The notes: generated by a model not told the origin, from the sequence alone. A DNA stretch of 64,000 bases from Bacteroidales bacterium (GCA_023231065.1 JALNWE010000008.1:3308-67307); one strand, 5' to 3'; positions 27,924 to 36,081 are shown, counted from the stretch's first letter. Numbers and translations are program-made.

Positions 27924-28379
27924 CTATTGTTGCTTTATTATTTTCCAGCTTTCTATCCTATCATTCATTTGTATTTTCAGGTAATATATTCCAAGAGGAT
28001 AATTAGTCATATCAAAGACTTGATCGAATTCACAGAGGTTAATTGTTTTTAATGCTTCACCCTTGGCAGTATACAAGTATGCATCAATACTTGTACTTCT
28101 ACTCAGATCATTACATTGTATATGTATGATATCTGAAGTGGGATTTGGAAAAACTGAAATCCTCAGGTTTTCAAGATTCTGGTTTAATGGGTTCCTTGAA
28201 TGGCCAGGTAGTATCGAGTCTGTAAATACTGATTTAGATTCTGAGAGAGGGATAACAATAATTCTCGAAATCCTGTTACCGGTCTCATCATAAGCAAACT
28301 GAACGTTTTGGGAGTAGGAAGCAGTTGTAATCATTAACAAACAATATACTATGCAACTTTTTAAATTTACTTTTTTCAT
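27924..28379 (-). CDS. Small secreted protein with a single YD-repeat motif and a T9SS C-terminal sorting domain
   Basis: ATG 28379 (MKKVNLKSCIVYCLLMITTASYSQ) is preferred within track ORF 27924..28457. The mature N-terminus is NVQFAYDETGNRISRI (YD repeat). The CTD is ISVFPNPTSDIIHIQ...GIYYLKI. It ends 55 nt upstream of the rhs start on the same strand. Confidence 0.7.
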   Translation of the reverse strand: MKKVNLKSCIVYCLLMITTASYSQNVQFAYDETGNRISRIIVIPLSESKSVFTDSILPGHSRNPLNQNLENLRISVFPNPTSDIIHIQCNDLSRSTSIDAYLYTAKGEALKTINLCEFDQVFDMTNYPLGIYYLKIQMNDRIESWKIIKQQ

Positions 28380-28587
28380 ACTGTTAATGAATTTAATATT
28401 CCTACTCGTTTGGCTTTTCGGTGTCGCCCCGTTTTTTAAATGGCGTCTGGTCTCCATTGTTTAATGCGACATACAATACAGTAAAATCAAATAATATATC
28501 AAAATTAGGTTAATCGTGGAATGATAAACCATAATTCTCCCTGAACTCTCATTGGGTTGTATATTGCACAAATACCGTTGAATTCTC

Positions 28588-28625
28588 ATTGGATTCCGTT
28601 TTGGGAGAAGAGGATATCAGAAAAG
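28588..28625. repeat. Copy B of the 38-nt conserved element (partner at 19879..19916)
   Basis: See copy A. It is in the same orientation and again lies at the 3' end of a minus-strand LytTR-like reading frame. Confidence 0.75.
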
Positions 28626-28830
28626 TACTGATCGTTGCCGGAATTGTCCCCGATGAGAATCCGAAACTGATCTGTGAAAACGGAAATGAAATAGAACCTC
28701 AATCCGACGACAGATTTGGATCAAGGCAATGAAATTTATTTTCTGTTCGTTAGAAAAATCTGTATTGCCCAAAACAAAATTGGGAGAAAACGCTTTCCCT
28801 TCTTTCATCAGTGTACTGATGGGGCGCCTT
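28617..28830 (-). pseudogene. Possible decayed LytTR-domain fragment
   Basis: Minus-strand frames read TLMKEGKAFSPNF and RFHRSV, then in a shifted frame FRILIGDNSGN. Compare the intact neighbour: NLMHFEQKLLFSNFIRIHQSILVN...ELILSDGT. There is no receiver domain and no credible start. The similarity is weak. Confidence 0.3.
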
Positions 28831-28945
28831 CTTCGTTTCCTGGTTCCCAAGGTGTATGGGTTACTGACCGGAGGAAGGGGGATGTGAATAAAAAAATTGA
28901 ATGAAAGAACTATTAATTTAGAATCCATCCAAAAGAAACTTTAAT

Positions 28946-28953
28946 TAACTTTG
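28946..28953 (+). promoter_or_regulatory. Candidate -7 promoter element (TAACTTTG) for the hdr/flx operon
   Basis: TAnnTTTG match 84 nt upstream of the hdrC ATG 29038. Confidence 0.3.
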
Positions 28954-29037
28954 TGCTGTGAATAAATTCACAGTATGGTTTGACTTATTCAATAATATCA
29001 AAGTAATTCCTTCATTTTCAACTTATATCCACACCCG

Positions 29038-29610
29038 ATGATCACCCTTGGAACCCAGGAAAAAAACACCTTGTTAGCCGATGTCAACAAGCGCAGCGGC
29101 GCCAACGTGCTGGAATGTTATCAATGCGGGAAATGTGTCTCAACTTGTCCCGTGTCCCAGTATATGGATTTTCCGCCCCGCGTAATCATGCAGATGGTCA
29201 AGCTGGGCCTCAGGGATGAGGTTTATATGGCCAATTCCACTTGGTTTTGCCTCACCTGTTCAGCCTGTTCAGGAAGGTGCCCCCGTCAAATTGAGATCCC
29301 GGCTGTGATGGAAGCGATCCGGCATTTGGCCATCGAATCGAATTATGTGAACAATACCAGAAAGGTAAAATCGATCCGGACATTCCACAACATTTTCCTT
29401 GATATGATCAAACGTTACGGCCGTAGTTATGAGCTTAGGTTGATGGCCGAACATAACATCCGTACCCGCGATCTTTTCAAAGACATGAGCCTGGCCCCGG
29501 TGGCGTTGCTCAGAGGGAAGATACCGCTGTTGGTGAAACCGGTAAAGAGCGCCAAAGCCATCCGGCGCATGTTCAAATTGGCTGACAAATTGGAAAAGAA
29601 GCATCAATAA
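29038..29610 (+). CDS. hdrC: Heterodisulfide reductase subunit C-like 2x[4Fe-4S] protein
   Basis: 190 aa with CYQCGKCVSTCP and CLTCSACSGRCP motifs separated by the helical spacer typical of HdrC. It is followed by hdrB and hdrA. Confidence 0.85.
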   Translation: MITLGTQEKNTLLADVNKRSGANVLECYQCGKCVSTCPVSQYMDFPPRVIMQMVKLGLRDEVYMANSTWFCLTCSACSGRCPRQIEIPAVMEAIRHLAIESNYVNNTRKVKSIRTFHNIFLDMIKRYGRSYELRLMAEHNIRTRDLFKDMSLAPVALLRGKIPLLVKPVKSAKAIRRMFKLADKLEKKHQ

Positions 29611-29622
29611 TCCGATCCCGAC

Positions 29623-30567
29623 ATGAAGAAAATAACCTATTTTCCGGGTTGTTCCGCGCACGGTACAAGCGAAGAATTCGAAAAAACCGTGAGAATGGTC
29701 ATGGAACACCTGGGTGTCCAACTGGAAGACATTCCAGACTGGAACTGTTGTGGCGCCACTTCTGCCCACACGCTGAATGAAAGTCTTTCTTACGCGCTCC
29801 CGCTCAGGAACCTCGTGTTAGCCGAAAAACTCAACAACGCCACGATGGCCATCCCCTGCGCCTCATGTTATCAGCGTATGAAAGTGACCAAAGTCCACAT
29901 GGACGGGAATCCGGAATTATGCAAAGAAATCAGTTCAACACTTGTTGAAGAAGGAGCTTATCAAGGCAGGATTGCCGTGAAATCCATGCTTCAATACTGT
30001 TATGAAGATATCGGATTAGAGGCCATTAAAGCTAAAGTAACGAAATCTTTAGCCGGGATGAAGCTGGCTTGCTATTATGGATGCCTCCTGACACGTCCCC
30101 AGGCGATTACCCAATTCGATTCACCAGAATATCCTATGTCAATGGACTATATCGTGGAGGCGCTGGGGGCCAAAGCTACTGAATTTGACTATAAGACCGA
30201 ATGCTGCGGCGCCTCCTTTTCTATTTCCAATTCGGATGTTGTACTCAACCTTACCGGAAAGATCCTGGAGATGGCCAAAGAGAGCGGCGCTCAGGCCATC
30301 GTGGTGGCTTGTCCGCTGTGCCAGTCAAACCTTGATATGCGGCAACCGGGTGCAGAAAAACGCGCGGGAAAGAAATTTGACCTTCCAATTTTTTATTTCA
30401 CGCAACTGATGGCCCTCGCTTTCGGTATGCCTGAAAAAGAGTTGATGTTCAATAAAAATATCGTTCCTGTTGAAAAGGCCTTGGCCAACATCGGAAAAAT
30501 TGAACCCACTCCCGAAAAAATTAAAAAACCTAAAAAAGCTGTTGAAGCAGAAAGCGAGGTTGAATAA
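29623..30567 (+). CDS. hdrB: Heterodisulfide reductase subunit B-like protein (two CCG domains)
   Basis: 314 aa. There are two cysteine-rich CCG motifs (WNCCGATSAH with upstream YFPGCS and CASCY; TECCGASFSI with YYGC and CPLCQ). Confidence 0.88.
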   Translation: MKKITYFPGCSAHGTSEEFEKTVRMVMEHLGVQLEDIPDWNCCGATSAHTLNESLSYALPLRNLVLAEKLNNATMAIPCASCYQRMKVTKVHMDGNPELCKEISSTLVEEGAYQGRIAVKSMLQYCYEDIGLEAIKAKVTKSLAGMKLACYYGCLLTRPQAITQFDSPEYPMSMDYIVEALGAKATEFDYKTECCGASFSISNSDVVLNLTGKILEMAKESGAQAIVVACPLCQSNLDMRQPGAEKRAGKKFDLPIFYFTQLMALAFGMPEKELMFNKNIVPVEKALANIGKIEPTPEKIKKPKKAVEAESEVE

Positions 30568-32540
30568 TGGCCCGAGTAGGAGTATTTGTTTGTTTTTGCG
30601 GCGCCAATATCGCCGACTTTGTTGATGTTCCCCAGGTGGTGGAAGAAACCAAAAAAATCCGTGAGGTAAAATTCGCCATCCATTATAAATACATGTGTTC
30701 CGATCCAGGGCAGCAGCAGATTCGCGATGCCATAGTTCAGCACCGGCTCACATCTGTCGTCGTAGCCGCGTGTTCCCCACGGATGCATGAAAAGACATTC
30801 CGGAAAGCCCTTTCGGATGCCGGGATGAACCCGTACCTGCTGGAAGTGGCCAACATACGGGAACATTCATCCTGGGTCCACCAGAAAGATAAAAAAGCTG
30901 CTACCGAAAAAGCTGCTGACCTGATACGGATGGCTGTTGCCAAATCGATAGCCAACGAACAATTGCATGAAATTTCAGTTCCGGTAACCAAACGCGCCCT
31001 GGTGATAGGAGGCGGTATCGCCGGTATCCAGGCTGCGCTGGACATTGCCGATGCGCGGATCCCGGTGGTACTGGTTGAAAAGAGCCCTTCCATCGGCGGC
31101 AAGATGGCCCAACTGGATGAAACATTTCCCACCCTGGATTGTTCCCAGTGTATTTTGACCCCCAAAATGGTGGATGTGGCTTCCCATCCTTATATCGAGC
31201 TGATCCCTTATTCCGAGGTCATTGAGCTCGACGGATTCGTGGGTAATTATAAAGCTAAGATCAGGAAGAAAGCCTCGTACGTGAATTTCAAAACCTGTAC
31301 CGGCTGTGGCGCCTGCTGGCAAAAATGTCCGGTGAAGGTTCCCAATGAATATAATATGGGATTAGACAACCGGAAAGCAATTTATACTCCTTTCCCGCAA
31401 GCAGTGCCTAACAAACCCGTGATCGATGCGGGGCATTGCAATATGCTCACCAAAGGGAAGTGTGGAATTTGTGCCAAGGTTTGTGAAAAAGGTTCCATTG
31501 ATTACAAGATGCAGGATGAGATCATTGAGCGGGAAATCGGCGCCGTGGTTGTCGCTACCGGTTATGACCTGTGGGATCCCAAGCCATACGAAGAATACGG
31601 GGTAGGACGTCATAAGGATATCATCACTTCCCTTGAGTTCGAACGGATGGTTTCGGCCAATGGCCCTACCAATGGTGTTCCTGTTCGGCCATCAGATGGA
31701 AAAGTACCTAAAAACGTTGTTTTTATCAAATGTATCGGATCACGCGATGAAGCCAAAGGGATAGAATACTGTTCCAAGATCTGCTGCATGTACACTACCA
31801 AGCATACCATCCTGCTGCACCACAAGGTACATGATTCACATTCCTATGTCTTTTATATGGACATCAGGGCAGCAGGAAAAGGTTACGAAGAGTTTGTCAA
31901 GAAGGCGCAAGTCGATACAGCTGCAACCTATCTTCGCGGACGGGTTTCGAAAATTTATAAAAAAGGCGATAAGCTGATCGTCCGTGGCGAGGATGCCCAG
32001 ATCGGGGAAGTTGTGGAGGTGGTTGCCGACCTTGTGGTATTGGCCACTGCCGTGATTGCCCCCAAAGATAATCCGGATCTCGCCCGTTTATTGGGTGTAT
32101 CTTACGATAAATACGGTTACATGTCGGAAGCCCATCCGAAACTCCGGCCGGTCGAAACGGCAAAAGCCGGTATTTTCTTAGCCGGCTGTACGCAGGCCCC
32201 GAAAGATATTCCCGATACGGTTGCCCAGGCGTCGGCTTGTGCGGCCAAAGTATGCGGACTTTTTTCGGGGGATACCATGAAGAAAGACCCGATGATCTCC
32301 ACGGTAAACAACGAATATTGTTCTGGTTGCCAGAACTGCGTAAAGGTTTGTCCTTACGGGGCCATTGTCACGGAAGAAGTTCCGATGGGCCATGGCTCCA
32401 AGGAGATGCGTGTTGTTGCCAGGATCAACGAAGGCGTTTGCCAGGGATGTGGTTCCTGTGTGGCTGTCTGCCGCAGCATGGCGATCACCCTGGCTGGTTT
32501 TACCGATTCTCAAATCATTAACGAGATAGTTTCAATCTGA
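30567..32540 (+). CDS. hdrA: Heterodisulfide reductase subunit A-like FAD/FeS flavoprotein
   Basis: 657 aa with an N-terminal VFVCFCGANI Cys cluster and a Rossmann motif ALVIGGGIAGIQAALDIA. It has four ferredoxin-type motifs (CTGCGACWQKCP, CGICAKVCEKG, CSGCQNCVKVCP, CQGCGSCVAVC). Its ATG overlaps the hdrB TAA by 1 nt. Confidence 0.92.
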   Translation: MARVGVFVCFCGANIADFVDVPQVVEETKKIREVKFAIHYKYMCSDPGQQQIRDAIVQHRLTSVVVAACSPRMHEKTFRKALSDAGMNPYLLEVANIREHSSWVHQKDKKAATEKAADLIRMAVAKSIANEQLHEISVPVTKRALVIGGGIAGIQAALDIADARIPVVLVEKSPSIGGKMAQLDETFPTLDCSQCILTPKMVDVASHPYIELIPYSEVIELDGFVGNYKAKIRKKASYVNFKTCTGCGACWQKCPVKVPNEYNMGLDNRKAIYTPFPQAVPNKPVIDAGHCNMLTKGKCGICAKVCEKGSIDYKMQDEIIEREIGAVVVATGYDLWDPKPYEEYGVGRHKDIITSLEFERMVSANGPTNGVPVRPSDGKVPKNVVFIKCIGSRDEAKGIEYCSKICCMYTTKHTILLHHKVHDSHSYVFYMDIRAAGKGYEEFVKKAQVDTAATYLRGRVSKIYKKGDKLIVRGEDAQIGEVVEVVADLVVLATAVIAPKDNPDLARLLGVSYDKYGYMSEAHPKLRPVETAKAGIFLAGCTQAPKDIPDTVAQASACAAKVCGLFSGDTMKKDPMISTVNNEYCSGCQNCVKVCPYGAIVTEEVPMGHGSKEMRVVARINEGVCQGCGSCVAVCRSMAITLAGFTDSQIINEIVSI

Positions 32541-33025
32541 TGGAAGCAGTAGCAAACAAACAACTTGTAAGCATTGAGAAACCCGAAATCGCGGCCCCTC
32601 CCGATTGGGAACCGGTGATCATCGGAATTCTCTGCAACTGGTGTTCTTATGCCGGTTCCGATCTTACCGGGACCTCGCGGATCCAGTATCCACCCAATAT
32701 CCGTATCATCCGTGTGCCTTGTTCTTCACGCGTGGATCCCTGGTTCCTCATCAAATCGTTGCAAACAACGGCTGATGGGGTACTTGTTTCGGGGTGCCAT
32801 CCGGGCGACTGCCACTATATCAGCGGTAATTACTATGCCCGCCGGAGGTTTCTGGTGACGAAAAAGTTACTCAATTTTGTCGGTTTTCATGAAGACCGGA
32901 TCCAATTTTCCTGGGTTTCGGCTGCCGAAGGCCCCAAATTTGCACAAGTTGTTGCCAAAGTAACCGGGGATATCAAGAAACTGGGCCCGCTTCATTTGTA
33001 TAAAAAAGAAAACTTCGAGAAATAA
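32540..33025 (+). CDS. mvhD: MvhD/FlxD-like [2Fe-2S] electron-transfer subunit
   Basis: 161 aa with ILCNWCSYAGSDLTG...IRIIRVPCSSRVDP...DGVLVSGCHPGDCHY, the MvhD (methyl-viologen-reducing hydrogenase delta) signature. It has 1-nt overlaps with hdrA and with the next gene. Confidence 0.9.
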   Translation: MEAVANKQLVSIEKPEIAAPPDWEPVIIGILCNWCSYAGSDLTGTSRIQYPPNIRIIRVPCSSRVDPWFLIKSLQTTADGVLVSGCHPGDCHYISGNYYARRRFLVTKKLLNFVGFHEDRIQFSWVSAAEGPKFAQVVAKVTGDIKKLGPLHLYKKENFEK

Positions 33026-33876
33026 TGGACTATACGAATCAAATCCGGGAGATTGCAACCAGGCTTTTTACCGAAGATAAGATCGATGTTTTTGTCGGTT
33101 ACCGGATGACAGGTTTTGATGATAACCAGGTACCGGCGCTGATCCGGGATCCCAAGGAGGTATCACAACTGGTTTTTACCGACAAATCGGTTTTCAACCT
33201 GACCAATTATCTCAAGAATGAGCATACGCGCAACAAGCGTGTGGGATTGGTAGTGAAGGGTTGCGATAGCCGTTCACTGAACCTGCTACTCACCGAAAGC
33301 CAGGTAAAACGCGATAAGTTATATGTTATCGGAATTGCCTGTGAAGGAGTTATTGATGAGGCAGGAAATAAAATGCAAAACTGCATGGAATGTGTTGTTC
33401 CCGATGCCGTGGTATATGATGAAATGGTAGGGACGCCAAAGGGGAAACAGGGGTATCAGGTGAATGCTGATATTCATGAACTCGCCTCGAAAGAGTTGGT
33501 TGAGCGACGCGCTTACTTCGAAGAGATATTTGAGAATTGCATCCGCTGCAACGCTTGTCGTCATTCCTGTCCGATGTGTTACTGTGCAAAATGCTGTATC
33601 GATCAGGAAACGTCAACACTCTATAACGGAGCCAACACTAAATCCAGCGCCTTCCATGCCCTGATGACCTGGTCGCTGCATTTAGCAGGCCGTTGCGTTG
33701 ATTGTCGTAATTGCGAAAAAGCCTGTCCAAGCCATTTGCCCCTTCACCTGTTGCACAAATGGAATGAGCGGGTGATTTTTGAGAACTTCCAGGAACACCT
33801 GGCAGGCGTGCAGGAAGGTGATCGCGGCGCTTTTTACAAATACAGCATGCAGGATCCCAATGATTTTATCATGTAA
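33025..33876 (+). CDS. FlxC-like iron-sulfur protein (2x[4Fe-4S])
   Basis: 283 aa with CIRCNACRHSCPMCYC and CVDCRNCEKACP. Position and cofactor motifs correspond to the FeS subunits of FlxABCD and sulfhydrogenase-beta-like proteins. Orthology is not verifiable here. Confidence 0.6.
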   Translation: MDYTNQIREIATRLFTEDKIDVFVGYRMTGFDDNQVPALIRDPKEVSQLVFTDKSVFNLTNYLKNEHTRNKRVGLVVKGCDSRSLNLLLTESQVKRDKLYVIGIACEGVIDEAGNKMQNCMECVVPDAVVYDEMVGTPKGKQGYQVNADIHELASKELVERRAYFEEIFENCIRCNACRHSCPMCYCAKCCIDQETSTLYNGANTKSSAFHALMTWSLHLAGRCVDCRNCEKACPSHLPLHLLHKWNERVIFENFQEHLAGVQEGDRGAFYKYSMQDPNDFIM

Positions 33877-33890
33877 CCCCTCTTTCTGAT

Positions 33891-34940
33891 ATGAACGTTG
33901 AAACATTTGTTACCGATAAAGCTGGCCTGGTAAAATTTTACGAAGCCATCATTGCCAATAACGAAACTTATGCCCCGGTCGAGAAGTTCGGGAAGTTTGA
34001 TTTCAAAAGGGTTTTAACTCTTGCTGAATGTGACCCTGATTCGCCCATCACAAAGACCATGAGCGCCAAGCCCTTGTTTTTCCCGCGTTCGGCTAAAATC
34101 CTGAAATATTCGGCAGATGCTTCCGGCACCGATGTTAAAGAAACCGATGAAGATCCGTTGACCGGAAAACGGGTAATCCTTGGAATGAAACATTGCGATG
34201 CCCGCGGCCTGCAGGTTTTGGACAAAGTATATAACTGGGATTATATCGATTCGGATTATCAGAAACGGCGTCAAAACAGCGTAATCATTTCTTCCCGTTG
34301 TGACAAAGCAGAAACTCACTGCTTTTGTACTTCCCTCGATTACGATGTGGAAAATCTCGATGCCATGGATGTGCTGATCGTGCATGGGCTGGACGGAAAG
34401 ATCTTCATTAAAGCAAGAACTGAGAAAGGGGAGACTTTCCTTAAAGCAAACCCCATTGATCCGGCATCCGGCATCCAACATTCAGCATCCGAAGAAGGGA
34501 TGAAAAAGCAATACGATGCTTTTGCAGCATCCTTCCGTTTGAAAATGGATTATAAAAATGTTAACGGAAAACTTTCAAAGATCTTTGATACCCCTGAATT
34601 TGAAAATGTTTCGGCCAGTTGTATCGGTTGCAATACCTGTGCTTTTATTTGTCCAACCTGTCATTGTTTCAAGATATCCGACGAAAAAATCAAAGATACA
34701 GGGATCCGTTATAAAAGCTATGATTCCTGTAATAATGGCTATTTTACTTTGATGGCCGGCGGTCATAATCCCCGTCCGGTCAAATACCGCCGGTGGCGTC
34801 AGCGGGCCATGCACAAGTTTGTTTACTACAAAGAACGCTTTGGCGAAAACCTATGCGTGGGCTGTGGAAGATGCGCTATTTCCTGTCCGGTGAACATCAG
34901 CATTTTTGAAGTGGTGAACCAGGTTGCGACAACGGTATAG
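33891..34940 (+). CDS. FlxB / AsrA / sulfhydrogenase-beta-like iron-sulfur protein
   Basis: 349 aa with CIGCNTCAFICPTCHCF and CVGCGRCAISCP plus upstream Cys (CDARG, CFC). This resembles the AsrA/HydB family that partners an AsrB/HydG-type flavoprotein. Confidence 0.65.
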   Translation: MNVETFVTDKAGLVKFYEAIIANNETYAPVEKFGKFDFKRVLTLAECDPDSPITKTMSAKPLFFPRSAKILKYSADASGTDVKETDEDPLTGKRVILGMKHCDARGLQVLDKVYNWDYIDSDYQKRRQNSVIISSRCDKAETHCFCTSLDYDVENLDAMDVLIVHGLDGKIFIKARTEKGETFLKANPIDPASGIQHSASEEGMKKQYDAFAASFRLKMDYKNVNGKLSKIFDTPEFENVSASCIGCNTCAFICPTCHCFKISDEKIKDTGIRYKSYDSCNNGYFTLMAGGHNPRPVKYRRWRQRAMHKFVYYKERFGENLCVGCGRCAISCPVNISIFEVVNQVATTV

Positions 34941-34943
34941 TTT

Positions 34944-35021
34944 GATGATGTGATGATGTGATGATGTGATGATGTGATGATGTGATGATGTGATGATGTG
35001 ATGATGTGATGATGTGATGAT
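34944..35021. repeat. Octanucleotide tandem repeat (GATGATGT) x 9.75
   Basis: Nine perfect contiguous 8-bp units (34944-35015) plus a 6-nt partial unit. It starts 3 nt after the TAG stop of the preceding gene and ends 64 nt before ATG 35086. Confidence 0.97.
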
Positions 35022-35085
35022 ATTCAAAACCATAAAGATAGTTCAGAGTTTAAACTAAGTAAAATATTTCAATAATAATTCTTCC

Positions 35086-35919
35086 ATGGAACAGTTGTTA
35101 GTCCCGATGATCTGCAGGATCGATAAAATGATCCAGGAAACCCCCGATGTCCGTACGTATCGTTTGAAGTTCAAGGAAGAAGGGTTGATGGAAAAATTCA
35201 GGTGGATGCCTGGTCAGTTTGTGGAATTTTCGTTGCTTGGTTCCGGGGAGTGTACTTTTTGCATCTCTTCTTCGTCAACCCGGAAAGGGTATTTTGATTG
35301 TTCGATCAAAAAGGCAGGATTAGTAACTGCGGACATCCACCGTCTGCTTGATGAAGGGGATTATGTTGGGATCCGGGGGCCCTTTGGCAATTGGTTCCCG
35401 TTGGACGAAATCAAAGGGAAGAACCTGCTTTTTGTGGGTGGTGGTATCGGTCTTGCGCCCCTCCGCGCACTCATCCAGTATTGCATCGACAACCGCAACG
35501 ATTATAAGGATTTCACCATTCTTTATGGCGCCCGCACTTCTGCCGATCTATGTTACAAGGACGAAATCAAGGAATGGCAGGAAAACCCGTTGCTGAAAGT
35601 CATATTGACCATTGACAAACCCGAAGAAGCCTGGCCCACCAACGTGGGAGTGGTCCCCAAGATCCTTGAAGAAGTTGTAAAGCCTGTGATCGAAAACACA
35701 AAGGTGATCACCTGTGGTCCCCCGATCATGATCAAATATACCATCCAGTCGTTAAAAAAACTTGGTTTTGCCGACCCTGACATCATCACCACCCTCGAGA
35801 TGAGGATGCAGTGTGGTTTAGGGAAGTGTGGCCGGTGCAACATCGGATCGACCTATGTATGCAAAGACGGACCAGTGTTTACCAACGAGCAATTAAGGGG
35901 TTTGCCGGACGAGTTCTAG
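35086..35919 (+). CDS. FlxA / AsrB / HydG-like FAD- and NAD(P)H-binding oxidoreductase with C-terminal [2Fe-2S]
   Basis: 277 aa with a ferredoxin-reductase-type fold (PGQFVEFSL, LLFVGGGIGLAPLRAL) and the C-terminal cluster motif CGLGKCGRCNIGSTYVCKDGPVF, as in the PyrK/AsrB/HydG family. Confidence 0.85.
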   Translation: MEQLLVPMICRIDKMIQETPDVRTYRLKFKEEGLMEKFRWMPGQFVEFSLLGSGECTFCISSSSTRKGYFDCSIKKAGLVTADIHRLLDEGDYVGIRGPFGNWFPLDEIKGKNLLFVGGGIGLAPLRALIQYCIDNRNDYKDFTILYGARTSADLCYKDEIKEWQENPLLKVILTIDKPEEAWPTNVGVVPKILEEVVKPVIENTKVITCGPPIMIKYTIQSLKKLGFADPDIITTLEMRMQCGLGKCGRCNIGSTYVCKDGPVFTNEQLRGLPDEF

Positions 35920-36036
35920 GAACATTTATTTATTCCTGAACGTCGTTTTTGTTTTATTTACCGCTCAAATCCATCCGCGTAATCCCTGCAATAAAATGCG
36001 ATTGGATAAATCCATTCCGGGTACTGATAATCTACA

Positions 36037-36044
36037 TACCTTTG
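36037..36044 (+). promoter_or_regulatory. Candidate -7 promoter element (TACCTTTG)
   Basis: TAnnTTTG match 37 nt upstream of ATG 36082. Confidence 0.4.
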
Positions 36045-36081
36045 CAGAAATATTATTTCTACACTTGTTAAAATTCAGACA

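Noticed and set aside
28617-28928. 103-aa minus-strand ORF in the rhs/hdr intergenic region as a real gene
   Set aside because: It has an Arg-run, low-complexity composition and no recognisable start context. Only its 3' part shows weak, frame-broken LytTR-like similarity, so it is treated at most as a decayed fragment.
34851-35033. Minus-strand 60-aa ORF with a striking HHHIITSS repeat
   Set aside because: It is simply the translation of the GATGATGT octamer array. It sits in an intergenic gap of a + strand operon and has no independent coding evidence.
29038-35919. The hdr/mvhD genes as a sign of archaeal (methanogen) origin or contamination
   Set aside because: The cluster is flanked on both sides by Bacteroidota-type genes, has a TAnnTTTG motif upstream, and its last three genes give it the bacterial Flx-type NAD(P)H module rather than an Mvh hydrogenase.
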